In this document: positions 36,383-46,900 of the stretch, piece by piece | Layout of the letters: the number at the start of each line of letters is the position of its first letter | Position numbering within the stretch: the stretch's first letter is position 1 | Assembly: GCF_000281045.1 (NCBI RefSeq) | Contig: NW_008246077.1 | Location: 44,176 to 108,175 of the forward strand | Length of the DNA stretch: 64,000 bases | Direction of reading: 5' to 3' | From: Saprolegnia diclina VS20 | Taxonomy: Eukaryota | Position numbers and translations under genes: made by a program | Notes under the pieces: model-generated | What the model saw: only the letters and a program-made list of their open reading frames with translations | What the model was told of the DNA's origin: nothing | Database searches by the model: none

Positions 36383-39013
36383 ATGGCAGCGAACACATAC
36401 GCAACTGCCTTGGCGACGTTGGAGCGCTCTACGCAGTTCCTACACGTAGATAGCATCTTGCCCTGCTTCGAGCCACTCTTGGACGCGCAGTCGGCGACGG
36501 CCACAGATGACGCCGTCATTGCGAACATCGGGAAATGGTCGCACGTTCTTTCCGGTATCATCCTCCCAAAGATCAAGAAGGCGCTCGGAGTACCAGCGTC
36601 TTTGGACATCGACGCCGTATTCTCGCACCTCTCTGTCGACGACATTGGCATCTCGGACGTCCTCATACCGACTGTGCACCCGCGCGCATTTGGCTCGCTT
36701 CTCGTGTTCCTACCGACGCCGTATGACGGCGGCGCAGTCTCGTTCGCCTCTAGCGACATGACAAAGGTGTATACGTCGTCAATGAAGGCGGGCGGGTGCG
36801 ATGCCATGTACGCCGCCACGCTCGCTGGCACAAACGTGTCGTCCGCCCCGATTACGCACGGTCGACGCACCACTCTCGTCTACAGCTTGGTCAGCGTCGC
36901 TTCGGATGCAATCTTTCGCCCGCCCACATACACCGAAGCGATGGCGGCTTTCCATCACATCGCTGCGAAGCCGATGGCGCAGACCCAGCGTGTAGCGTAC
37001 TTCGTGCCGAGCTCTGTCGTATCGTTTGAGGACCTCGCAGCGCCTGCTGCAAACCTCGCTCGACTTCTCGTGCTTTCCAACGCCTTTGATGTGACTATCA
37101 CCCGCATTACGAAACACCGAGTGACTCACTGCTTCCCCCACCCGTCGTGCGCCACGCCCGATTCCGTTGTCACGGGTCTCGCCGGGCGAACGGTCCATGC
37201 CTGTTTGAACGACCCGAACACGTTCCAGAGTCGAAGCTGTGAAGGTCCACGCACAGCGCTGCTCTTTTGGCCCAAGCAGTATCGCGCCGGTATCGTCGGC
37301 GTCAACGCAGCCATGTCGCTGCTTCGAGACGGTAGCTGTCTTGGGCTGCCCTCTTGTCGGGACCTTCTTCTCGGTACAATGGCGATCTTCAAGACCATTC
37401 AGTGCACTACGGTAAATGCCACCCCAACCAGCCTCATCGACGACATCCACAGTCCATCGCTGCTTCTTGAGCCGTTGGCACACCTCGTTTTGGCGTCCAA
37501 TGACTGGAGCATCGCCGAGATCTTCATCCAAGACATTCTGCGCGTCGCAAACAACTACGAGCCGCCAGTCCCATGGGCGGACATTGGGCGCATTCTCCAC
37601 GGCTGCTTGACAAAGTTTACGTGGCCCACACTATACGGCGCCTTGGAGCACCTCGTCACGTGGTGGAGCGCGACGCTGCATGTAGACGCGGTTGTACACC
37701 TCCTTGCGAGCCTGGCGGGTGTCGCCCCGCACCCTTTGTGCCACCAGCTGTCGCAGCCGTTCGTCGCCGAGTGCATCAAGGCGTGCTGGTCCGTCGTCAG
37801 CCAACATGCAAAAAAGATCCAGGGCAACACCGCCGCCTCCATCCTCCTCGTCGACTGGTACCTCGACGAGATGGTGCAACCAACGCAGCCTCCCGCCCAT
37901 TGGCTCGACGCCTTCTTGCCGCGCTCTGTGATTACCCTCGTCGACAACTTTTTGTACGCCCGTCAGCACGGCGCGTCGACACTCCTCGCATTGTGCGGTG
38001 ACGCGGCCACACGACTTGAGGTGCTACCGCTTGCACTCGTGAGGGCAACCGAGAGCTGCCCGAGCATACCTTGGCCGCTTTACGTGGCCGCGATCAAGCA
38101 AGCCATCCACGCGATTTTGGCGCCCTCTCGCGTCAAGCGTGTGAGCACGAGTGCATGCAGTTTCATCCTGCAATGCATGGTGACGGCTGGACTCTGCGAC
38201 ACAGCTCTCTTTGATGCCTTAGAAACCCTCTGCGGCATGGGCGTATTCGAGTGCATCTTGGAGTTTCTTGAGCGCCAGTCGACTCCAGTCGCGCCTTGGA
38301 CGCAGTCGCTCATTTCGACCTTCGTTTTGACGAAGACGCACTTGCTTGTCAGGGCCTCTGCCAAGCCGGTCGCGGCAGCGTTCCTCTCTCTCCGACTCGT
38401 CGCACCTGGAACAATAGCCACGTTTGCAACAGCATGGCTTGGGGCGCTACCGACAACACTCGATGCGAACCGAACGATCCTCGCTCCCGTAATCCTGATG
38501 CTTCAAGACTTGCTGGGAGGCAACCACCGCGACGTCCTCATGCAGATGGTGAAGCACAGTCTTGCGACCTTTGAATGCAGCGGGGCGCTGAATCCAGTGC
38601 CCGCCATCACCGACTTTGTTCTTGACGACATTGCGACGGACCCGACACATTGCCGCGACTGCGCGGCACTGTCCGCCTTTCTGCGCGATGGGGCTGAGAC
38701 GCAGTTCACAGCGTCGATCCATATTTGCGCGCTCGTTCCCGGCGTCGTCGAAGCAAACGCTCGGCGGCTCCGGCTGCGCGAAAGACGCGTTCCCCGCGGG
38801 CGGCCTCTTCGAGAAACAGTCATCTGGAAGCTACAGCGGCCAGGCGGAGCTTCCGTGCAAGATCTCAAGCTGCGTATAAAACAACAAGCGCTCCATACCA
38901 AGGACGTCGAGCATTGGATGCAGCTGGAAGCTCTACTGCATGGCGCGAGCGAAGACGACACCAAAGATGACGACACGGCTGCACCATCGCCAAAAAGATT
39001 GCGGCTAGAGTAG
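36383..39013 (+). CDS. Intronless ~876-aa protein with a degenerate 2OG-Fe(II) oxygenase-like N-domain and a C-terminal CxxC region
   Basis: Single uninterrupted ORF. FGSLLVFLPTPYDGGAVSF...APITHGRRTTLVYSL is DSBH-like. C-terminal HCRDCAALSAFLRDG and an NLS-like PSPKRLRLE. Confidence 0.65.
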   Translation: MAANTYATALATLERSTQFLHVDSILPCFEPLLDAQSATATDDAVIANIGKWSHVLSGIILPKIKKALGVPASLDIDAVFSHLSVDDIGISDVLIPTVHPRAFGSLLVFLPTPYDGGAVSFASSDMTKVYTSSMKAGGCDAMYAATLAGTNVSSAPITHGRRTTLVYSLVSVASDAIFRPPTYTEAMAAFHHIAAKPMAQTQRVAYFVPSSVVSFEDLAAPAANLARLLVLSNAFDVTITRITKHRVTHCFPHPSCATPDSVVTGLAGRTVHACLNDPNTFQSRSCEGPRTALLFWPKQYRAGIVGVNAAMSLLRDGSCLGLPSCRDLLLGTMAIFKTIQCTTVNATPTSLIDDIHSPSLLLEPLAHLVLASNDWSIAEIFIQDILRVANNYEPPVPWADIGRILHGCLTKFTWPTLYGALEHLVTWWSATLHVDAVVHLLASLAGVAPHPLCHQLSQPFVAECIKACWSVVSQHAKKIQGNTAASILLVDWYLDEMVQPTQPPAHWLDAFLPRSVITLVDNFLYARQHGASTLLALCGDAATRLEVLPLALVRATESCPSIPWPLYVAAIKQAIHAILAPSRVKRVSTSACSFILQCMVTAGLCDTALFDALETLCGMGVFECILEFLERQSTPVAPWTQSLISTFVLTKTHLLVRASAKPVAAAFLSLRLVAPGTIATFATAWLGALPTTLDANRTILAPVILMLQDLLGGNHRDVLMQMVKHSLATFECSGALNPVPAITDFVLDDIATDPTHCRDCAALSAFLRDGAETQFTASIHICALVPGVVEANARRLRLRERRVPRGRPLRETVIWKLQRPGGASVQDLKLRIKQQALHTKDVEHWMQLEALLHGASEDDTKDDDTAAPSPKRLRLE

Positions 39014-39200
39014 TATGGTGAAGTGCGCTATACTATAACACGACCAAACATGCACGGAGCAGGACCGGCGTTCTCGTCGCGTGGACGACGTTGCTTTGCA
39101 GAGAGCAGATGGCTTCAAATCGTTGGGTCAATGCTCACTGATATATTCGGGCACGTTTAGCTTTTGTCACTGCTGATCGGCGACAGTAGTTTGCTGTTAG

Positions 39201-39931
39201 TTAGGAGCGAGAACGTGAGCGACTGAAGCTGCGTCGCCGACGAAAATCTGGCGTCGGAGACCGGGACCGACCCCGCCGATTGTGACGATCCTAGCATAAC
39301 GCAGACTATAAGCGTTGAGTACAGAGTGCATTCGCGTGAACGTACCTCGCAAAGGTGTATTGGTTGGCCGTGGAGACGGGCGCCGTCGAGCAGCGCTATA
39401 GCTTTCAGCAGAGCTCGATGCGATGCAAACGAGGCTACACCACAACCTCGGCGGTCCACTTCAGCGTGCACAAGGTCGTCGCCGAGGTCGGTGAAAAGCA
39501 ATTTGAGATCGCACGATGAAGTGCCAATGGCGACGTTCGTGACGCTGGCGCGATATGCACTGCCTCGTGGCGGCTGCGGTCTGCGCACCGGCGACGTAAG
39601 CCATTGTCACCACAGTGTGGCGCGTGTGTACCGCTCATAACGACCGAATGGACTGTTGCCGACCGCTCGCACGACGTGCATGCGCAGCCCATCAAAGTCG
39701 CGTCCGTGCATCTCGTACACCGCGTCGTCCGCGTCGCGTGGGTCTTCATACTCCTACGTCGGTCGGTGAGCCGATGCACGCACTAGCGTTGCGCACCACA
39801 AGCGCAAAAGCAGGTCGGCGTGCAGGTCTCTGGACGCGAACGGATCGGATGCGTCCAAACCTGGCGAACAGGTTTTGCACGTCAGGCTCCCGCACCGAGT
39901 CGGCCAAGTTGCCCACGTGGACTTTGCCCAT
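39201..39931 (-). CDS. SR-family splicing factor (two RRMs plus short RS tail; SRSF1/9-like, divergent)
   Basis: MGKVHVGNLADSVREPDVQNLFARFGRI...AFALVEYEDPRDADDAVYEMHGRDFDG, then YRASVTNV...CDLKLLF, and tail RGRSRSPTPDFRRRRSFSRSRSRS*. Confidence 0.8.
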
Positions 39932-40080
39932 GGCAGAATTTTCGAATCCGATGCAAATCTGGAATTTCGGAATGCCATATCCGGAGGATGATGAAGAGCA
40001 CTGCCAACACTGCCTTGACGAGTTTACGTGTATACAATGTACAAGAAGCCATACTATCATGTCAAGCCCAGGGTGTAGAG

Positions 40081-41199
40081 CTAGGCTGTGTCAACGTTGA
40101 CGAGTGGGTCCTTGCCGCCGTCGTCCATGTCCAGAAACCAAATGCCAGGGCCAAGACTCCACGACGTGGGGGGCGCGCCCGGTGCGAAGCGTAGTTTGCT
40201 GAGGTCAATGCGCCGAAGCAAGTTTGTTTCGGTAGCTTGCACAAAGATACAACGCCGAACGTGGTCGCGGACGACGACCCATTCGGTGGCAAACTCAGGG
40301 GACACGAGCGGCTGCACGACAGTGTTGAGGAGATGGAGCGCGCGGGCGACGCCGTTCTGGGCGCTGTCGGGCGAAGTAAAGCTCGTGTCGACGCCGAATA
40401 CGTCCGTGTTGGCCTGAGCATTGAGGGTCGCGAGCCGCGCAAATCGATCGGTCGATGAGTATAATGTGCCACCGGAAGTCGTCGAGAGTCGTATCAAGTG
40501 CTCCGGGAGCGACGGCGCATTCGTGAGCACACCAAGTGAGTTCCGAAAGAGGCGCGTCTTTCCATCAAGAAACTCGATGGCGAGTGACTCGCCGAGCGCA
40601 TCGTGCACCGCAATGTGCATGGGCAGACGACGAAGTGGACCCAAGCCTGCACGCTGAGCAAGGGGGATATGCATCAGGTCTAAAGCCACGGGCTGGATGG
40701 TGTCGAAGCCAGCTACTACGTCGTCAACCGAGGCGAAATTGCCTATCACACAATGGTCAGGACAAGTTGACCAATTTCAGAGTGGAGTGGAGTGGACCCA
40801 AAATGTAGCTGCATAGGTTGCCAATGGCCGGTCGAAGGTCGTTCGCATCCACCTCGGGGTAGACTGTTTCCTCCATGAACAGCCAGGCCGCCGACAAGCC
40901 TACAACGGTCAATGCTTGGACCGATCAACATCAATTGCACCTTTGGTGTTGAGGCCATCGGCTGCAAACGGAAGGCTACGCACGTTGAACGAGACGAAGC
41001 CGATGGAATTGCGCCACTGGAACCCACCAGCCTCGACAAAGCGCGTGCCAATGGGTACTGTTTCAATGGACGTCTGCAGGTCCATGTTGAAGTCCATGCT
41101 TCGCGCCGAGATGACGTTGGTCGTCGAGTTGAGGAGAAAGTCGCTGCATGCACCGCCGGCGCCCGCGAGAAGCACCACGAGAAGCGCGGGCAGCTGCAT
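40081..41199 (-). CDS. Secreted choloylglycine hydrolase / penicillin V acylase family Ntn-hydrolase
   Basis: Signal peptide MQLPALLVVLLAGAGGA is followed directly by CSDF (N-terminal Cys nucleophile). Also ISARSMDF, DGLNTKG, HIAVHDALGESLAIEFLDG, GVLTNAP, SSTDRFAR and TEWVVVRD. Confidence 0.88.
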
Positions 41200-41686
41200 T
41201 TTACGTGTGGCGAGTCGCGGCTACTTTGCTTTGATTGGTTGGCAACCAACCAATCATCGACGGTGTTTGCAATCCACGCTCGTCCTCACTCCCTCGAACC
41301 CAAGGAAACACTCGGAGGAAATGAGTTTCCATGGACCTCCAAGCTTCCCAGTGGAGGGTTCGGAGAATGACACTGTGTCCTCACCCTCACCCAGCCGTTC
41401 GATTTTCAGTTGTACGCCTTAGTTTAGAGGCGTCTCGCTCAGCTGTCTCGCTCACGGCACAGGTGTGGCACGGTTCGATTCTGGGGTGCGAGAACCTGAC
41501 AGACAGCATACTCAGCAACAAATCAGAGGGAAGAAGCGCCAATGGATTGCAGTCGGGCGACCGCGTCAAGGCATTGATCGAGCCGGCCCATCACTAATTG
41601 TTGTGCGATCACCCTCATACTATATTCTATATCACACCAAAAGAAACAACAGCAATGTCGCAGAGTTCGAAAGATTCACTGGCGCG

Positions 41687-43880
41687 ATGCACGAGATATG
41701 CGTCCACGCCGAGGTGCATGTGCACGCTGGGCCTGGTCTCGAGGAGGGCGGACGCGTTGAGCTCCAGGTCGAGCGGCTCACGACCTTCGCTCACGTGCTA
41801 CGAGACAAGGGCCTCGACACGGAGCTTCTGCGCGGCAAGGACCACGTCGACGACGCCACCGACTGCCACGAGCAGGTCTACCTCCTCCTTCTCGGGATCT
41901 CCAAGGTAGCACAGGAAGAGAAGATTCTCTCGACGCTCTCGGAGGCGCACCAGTATGTGCGCACACTGCCCGGCTCGGCGCGGACGCAGCAGATCATCAT
42001 GGCCTTGCTCCGCGAAGCTTCCGTTGAGGACAACTTGTACCTTGGCCAGGACGGACTCACACTTGCATTCCACGCAAACGAGAAACTCTTCCCACAGCTC
42101 CAGGAACACGTTCAGGTACACACAACGCTCTGTAAATAGGTGCTCACGACCCTCCAGGTCTCGCTGCTGCCCTTGCACAACGATGTGCTGCGCCACGACA
42201 TCCTCGCCAAGTGGCATGCAGCGCCGGCCTTGGCGCTCCCGCTCCGCGATATCCACTCGTACTTTGGACCTGCGCTCTCGATGTACTTTGTGTGGCTCGG
42301 TACGTTGCCTGTGAACGACCGAGCTCAAGACAAGGGTAGATTTTTACACGCAATTTCTCGTGGTGCCCAGTCTCTGTGGCGTTGCTCTCTTCCTCATGGA
42401 GACTGCTGCGATCGACACAACGCTGTACATCCTCCCGTTCTCGATCGTGCTCTCGATCAGCACGTCGATTTTTGTCGACTCATGGACGCGCCAGCAGCGT
42501 CAGACGGAGTACCAATGGCAGTACTCGCCAGTTGAGGACACGTACAGCGAGCCTCGGTACGCACTTGTCGAAGTAGCTACATTTTCTGATATCTTCACAG
42601 GCCCGCGTTTGTTGGCGAGTGGATTCGAGATCCGGTGACGCACGAGCTCGTCTTTGACACACCGCATTGGAAGCGTGCGCCGACCGAGAGCTATTGCGAA
42701 TCTCATGTGCGCGCTCCTGTAGGCACCGTGGTTCGCGCCTGCGTGACCTTACCGCTGGTCTTGCTCATGTGTCTTGGTGTCCTCCTCTACGTCCTCGGCC
42801 TCGAGTGGTTTGCGGACCACAACAAGCACTGGTTTCCCATGTGCTATGACCAGATCGACGAGAACGACGCCGCCTACTGCGCGATGGTCATCCAGGGCCC
42901 AAGCGTTCTGAACGCGGTGCTCATCGAGGTGATGGACCTTTTGTACCTCAAGCTCGCCAAGTGGCTCACACGACTCGAGAACTACCGAACGGTATCCTAT
43001 GTCTCCCACGCCTGTCACTCACGCGCTTCAGGTCGAGGAGCACGAGAACCAGCTCATTCTCAAGCGCATGCCGTTCCACTTGATCAACTGCAACGCGTCG
43101 CTCTTGTACCTCGCCTTCATCGCGCAAGACCTCACGCGACTGCGGCGCCGGCTGTGGATTCTCATGGTCGGCATGCAGTGCCTCGACAACGTCAAGGAAG
43201 TTGCCATGCCTGCGCTCATGCTGTGGTTTCAAGGCGGTCTGACCGCCAACGCCCACGTCGTGCTACACACAACCACGGACGACAAGGTGGCGCACATCCT
43301 GCGCCAGAAGCATCAAACGCCGTACAAGGACACGTTTTCCGATTTCAAGGAATGCTCTTTTTGATGGTCGCTTGCTTCTCACCTTGTTTGCGCAGGAAAT
43401 GATGCTGCAGTACGGCTATGTCACGCTGTATGCCCCCGTGTTTCCACTGGCACCGCTCTTCGCGTACCTCAACAACCTCATCGAAGCGCGGTCGGACTTT
43501 TTCAAGCTCATCAACAGTTATGGCCTTCAGCGGCCGTACGCCAAGCACACCCATGGCATTGGTATTTGGTCGCGCGTTCTGTACGTCATCTCGGTCGTCG
43601 CTGTCCTCGTCAACTGCGGCCTCTTGGGCATCTACCAGATTGAGGTGCTTGCACCCGATATGTCGGACGTCCACCGCGTGTGCCTCATCTTTGTACGTGT
43701 TATCTGTACGTTCAAAAGTTGATAATGGCGTAGGGCTTGGAGCATGTTATTCTGCTCGTCAAGGTGTGCTTGGACTGGTCCAACCCCGACGTACCAACGT
43801 GGACCGCCTTGGACGAGCGGCGGCGATTCCTCAACACGCAAGCCTCCACGAAGCAGCATTTGCTCAAGAAGGCTGCGTAG
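41687..43880 (+). CDS. Anoctamin / TMEM16 (ANO10-like) Ca2+-activated channel-scramblase
   Basis: PLRDIHSYFGPALSMYFVWLG, LAKWLTRLENYRT, LINCNASLLYLAF, TFSDFKEMMLQYGYVTLY, LAPLFAYLNNLIEARSDFFKL, GIGIW and LEHVILLVK. Start approximate. Confidence 0.92.
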
Positions 43881-43910
43881 TAGATGCATCGAGACTCTTT
43901 GAAGCAAGGT

Positions 43911-46900
43911 TTAATGTGCAATCGGTCGCCTTGCGCGCACCGTTTTGCTGCTCTCGCATGAATTTTCTTTCGTGACTTGTTGCCGGTGCTTGTGCCACGC
44001 CTTCTGGATCACGAGGGCTGAGTTGAACTCGAGCGTCAGGTCAAAGCGCTGGAGTGAGGCTAAAGCTAGCTGCACCGAGTGGAGTTCGTGAAAGTGGCGC
44101 AGCGCATGGGCAGCGAGCGCCGTCTGCAGGTGCTTTTCAATCATCGCCGACTCAAAGTTGGTGGCGCCATTGGGCATAGTTCGGTGACAAAGCGCGTAGA
44201 AGATGTCGAGGTAAAACATGTCTCTGGCTGCGTTGCGTCGGACGTCCAAGCTGCGAACGAACTGCACGACGTTGATATGCCGGTCCTGTGCCTATCAAGC
44301 TGCAGTGTGGCACGTCGATTTGAGGTACGTACGTGGCCAGGCAAGCCGAGCGGCGGTGGCAACATGCGCAACAGTGCTGCAAGCTTGTACGACGGAAGGA
44401 AGAGCGATCCTTGGTGCGCAAGCTCGCCCCACGCAGCCGCAAATGCATCGAGGTGATCGTTCGTCGGTTGGTCTTCGAGCTCCGTGTCGCAGCCAGCCAT
44501 GAATTCGTTGAAGCTCTCGAGCACGACCGCAATAAGAATGTTGAGCACGACGTAGTTGCCCAAAATCAAGAGCGAGAAAATGTACACGCGGCCGATTTGC
44601 GGGTAGAGCGGCAGCATGTCGCCCAAGTAGCAATCCCACCTGTCGCCCTAGAGAACGCCGTATGAAAAGCAGAGCATAGCAGTATTCGAACCGTCACGAC
44701 AACGAAGAGCACCAACATGGCGCTGCTGAGCGATTCAAAGTTGCGGCCGGGTCGGAGGCACTCGCCCTCAACGATCTCTCCGAAGAGGTTCATGCCCAGA
44801 ATGGCGTAGACAAAAATGACAAGCACGAGGAGCGACCCGACGTTCAAGAGCGACGGTAAGCACGTCTCAAGCGTGTGCAAAAGTGAGAGCAGCCCGCGCG
44901 AGTTCTAGAGACGGGTCAGTATATATGCTCTGGATAGAAACAGAACGACCTTGAGTAAGCGGTAGGCGCGCACGACGCGAAGCATGCGAAGCACGCCAAC
45001 GTCGATGAACGAGTCCGAGACAGAGACGCAGAGCACGACGAGGTCAAGCCAATGGGCCCGAGTGCGGATGTAGCCGCGCACTCCAAGTGCCATCACCTTG
45101 ACGCTCGCTTCGAGGAGGAAGAACGCCGTGAACGCCCACTGCAGATTGTCGTACGTTGCTTGGTACGATGGCAACGATGGGAAATGGTCAGTTGCCATGA
45201 GCACCACGTTGAGTCCGACGGCCGATATCGTGACGACTAGCAGAATGTCAGCAACACAAACAAGAGGCAGCAACGCCCACCCTCAAAGATCCAGTGTTGA
45301 ATGCAAGCAAACGCTGCATACCGAAAGCTCTTTCGGGCGTGTGGGTTGCTCGGTACGTAGTGCGGCCGCTTCGTAAACAGTTGACGTTGAATGCTGACCT
45401 ACAGTGCGTTATCTTAGCTAATAACTTCGGCAAAGCGGTCGCACCCAACGTTTCTGCTCCTCGGTGAGGAAGATCGTACCCTCGGACGCGGCTTTGATCT
45501 GGTCAAACTTGTAGACGATAACACCGAGGAAGAGCCCCATCATGAAGAAGCCACAGACGACGACAAAGACGAGGAAGAAAAGCGCGTACGATGGCGTATT
45601 GTCGTGGACGAGCGGAAGTCCCGCAAAGCCCATCGATGGCGCGTCGATGACATCGTGCATGGCGGTCGACCAGCCTTGCAACGTCGTGAGCTGCAGCAAG
45701 TACACAATCGCGCTGCCGACCGTGTCGTAGTTGTTCAATGGCGTCACCCAAGCCCGCTGGATGTCAGGATCGCTAAGGCAGGCATTCACGCCCTTTGTAT
45801 AGCGCTAAACGAAGAGGTCAGGTTCAAGCGACGTTACTTGACGTACATCGAGCGGATCGACGCTGTCGCAGTAGGCGAGCTTGCCTGCAAAGAGCTCGAC
45901 GGCCACGAGCGCAAAGATGCAGACAAACACGACGACGACGCCGAGGATGTGCACGACGCACGGTAGCGTCTTTAGAATGGCCGACAAGACGATCTTGATG
46001 CCGTCGTTATGATGCGCGATGCGCAGCGGCCGAAGCGCTCGGAAAGCCCGAAGCGGCTTGGCTGCGCTGAAGCCTTTCGTGACGCTGTGCGTCGCGCCGA
46101 CATTCGTGGAAGCGCACAACGACACGCTAAGCGTCACGAGTGCAAAGGCCGTGACAGCGCAATCCAGAACATTCCAGCCGTCACGCAAGTAGGCGCGCGG
46201 ACCCGTAAACCAAAGTCCTTGCGCAATCACCCGCAGCAAAATCTCAACTGTAAAGAGGAGCGTGCAAGCCGCGTCGCCCTACACCGATGCATGCTACGAT
46301 CTCTGGGCGCTCGAAGAGGCATCTTACCCAGAAAAACAAGGCTGAGTACACGTCGCCGCCGCTTGCACTGCCTTCCATCGCTGCAAGAACACACGACAGA
46401 AGGATGCTCAAGAGCACGATGATGCCAAACGCTCGGTGCAGCGTGAGCCAAGCAATGCGCGCTCGGAACGAACTCGTGGTGGGAAAGCAGCCGAGGGCGT
46501 TCCCGTTCATTAGCGCGCGGTGACGCTCTTGGCGCGACTCAGTGGTTCGTTTCGCTCGGCGCTCGTGTGCTGTCTTGGCTCGCTGTATCGACGGGTGCAA
46601 CGGCTGCAGACCATAGCGCGGGTGCAGCGAAAAAACACTGTCGTCGTTCCCAAACGGACCTTGGACCGCGGAAACGAGCTCGTGCATGACGGTGCAGACG
46701 TCGACTTCGACGTCGGTAAGGCTGAGCCCCTTGGCAGTGTACCGGCCGCGAGAAGCTGCGTGGGGCCGAAGGCGCTCGATTGTCACGAGTCGGCTGCCTA
46801 TGGCCTCAGCGTCGAGAACGTCGCTTGCGTACCCATGCTTCAACAAGAAATCCACAACGTCCGAGCCGAGGACGCAGGCAAAATACCACTTGTGCTCTAT

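Noticed and set aside
42116..42139. A 24-nt micro-intron in anoctamin
   Set aside because: A downstream acceptor (cctccag, 42157) gives a normal 42-nt GT-AG intron in frame.
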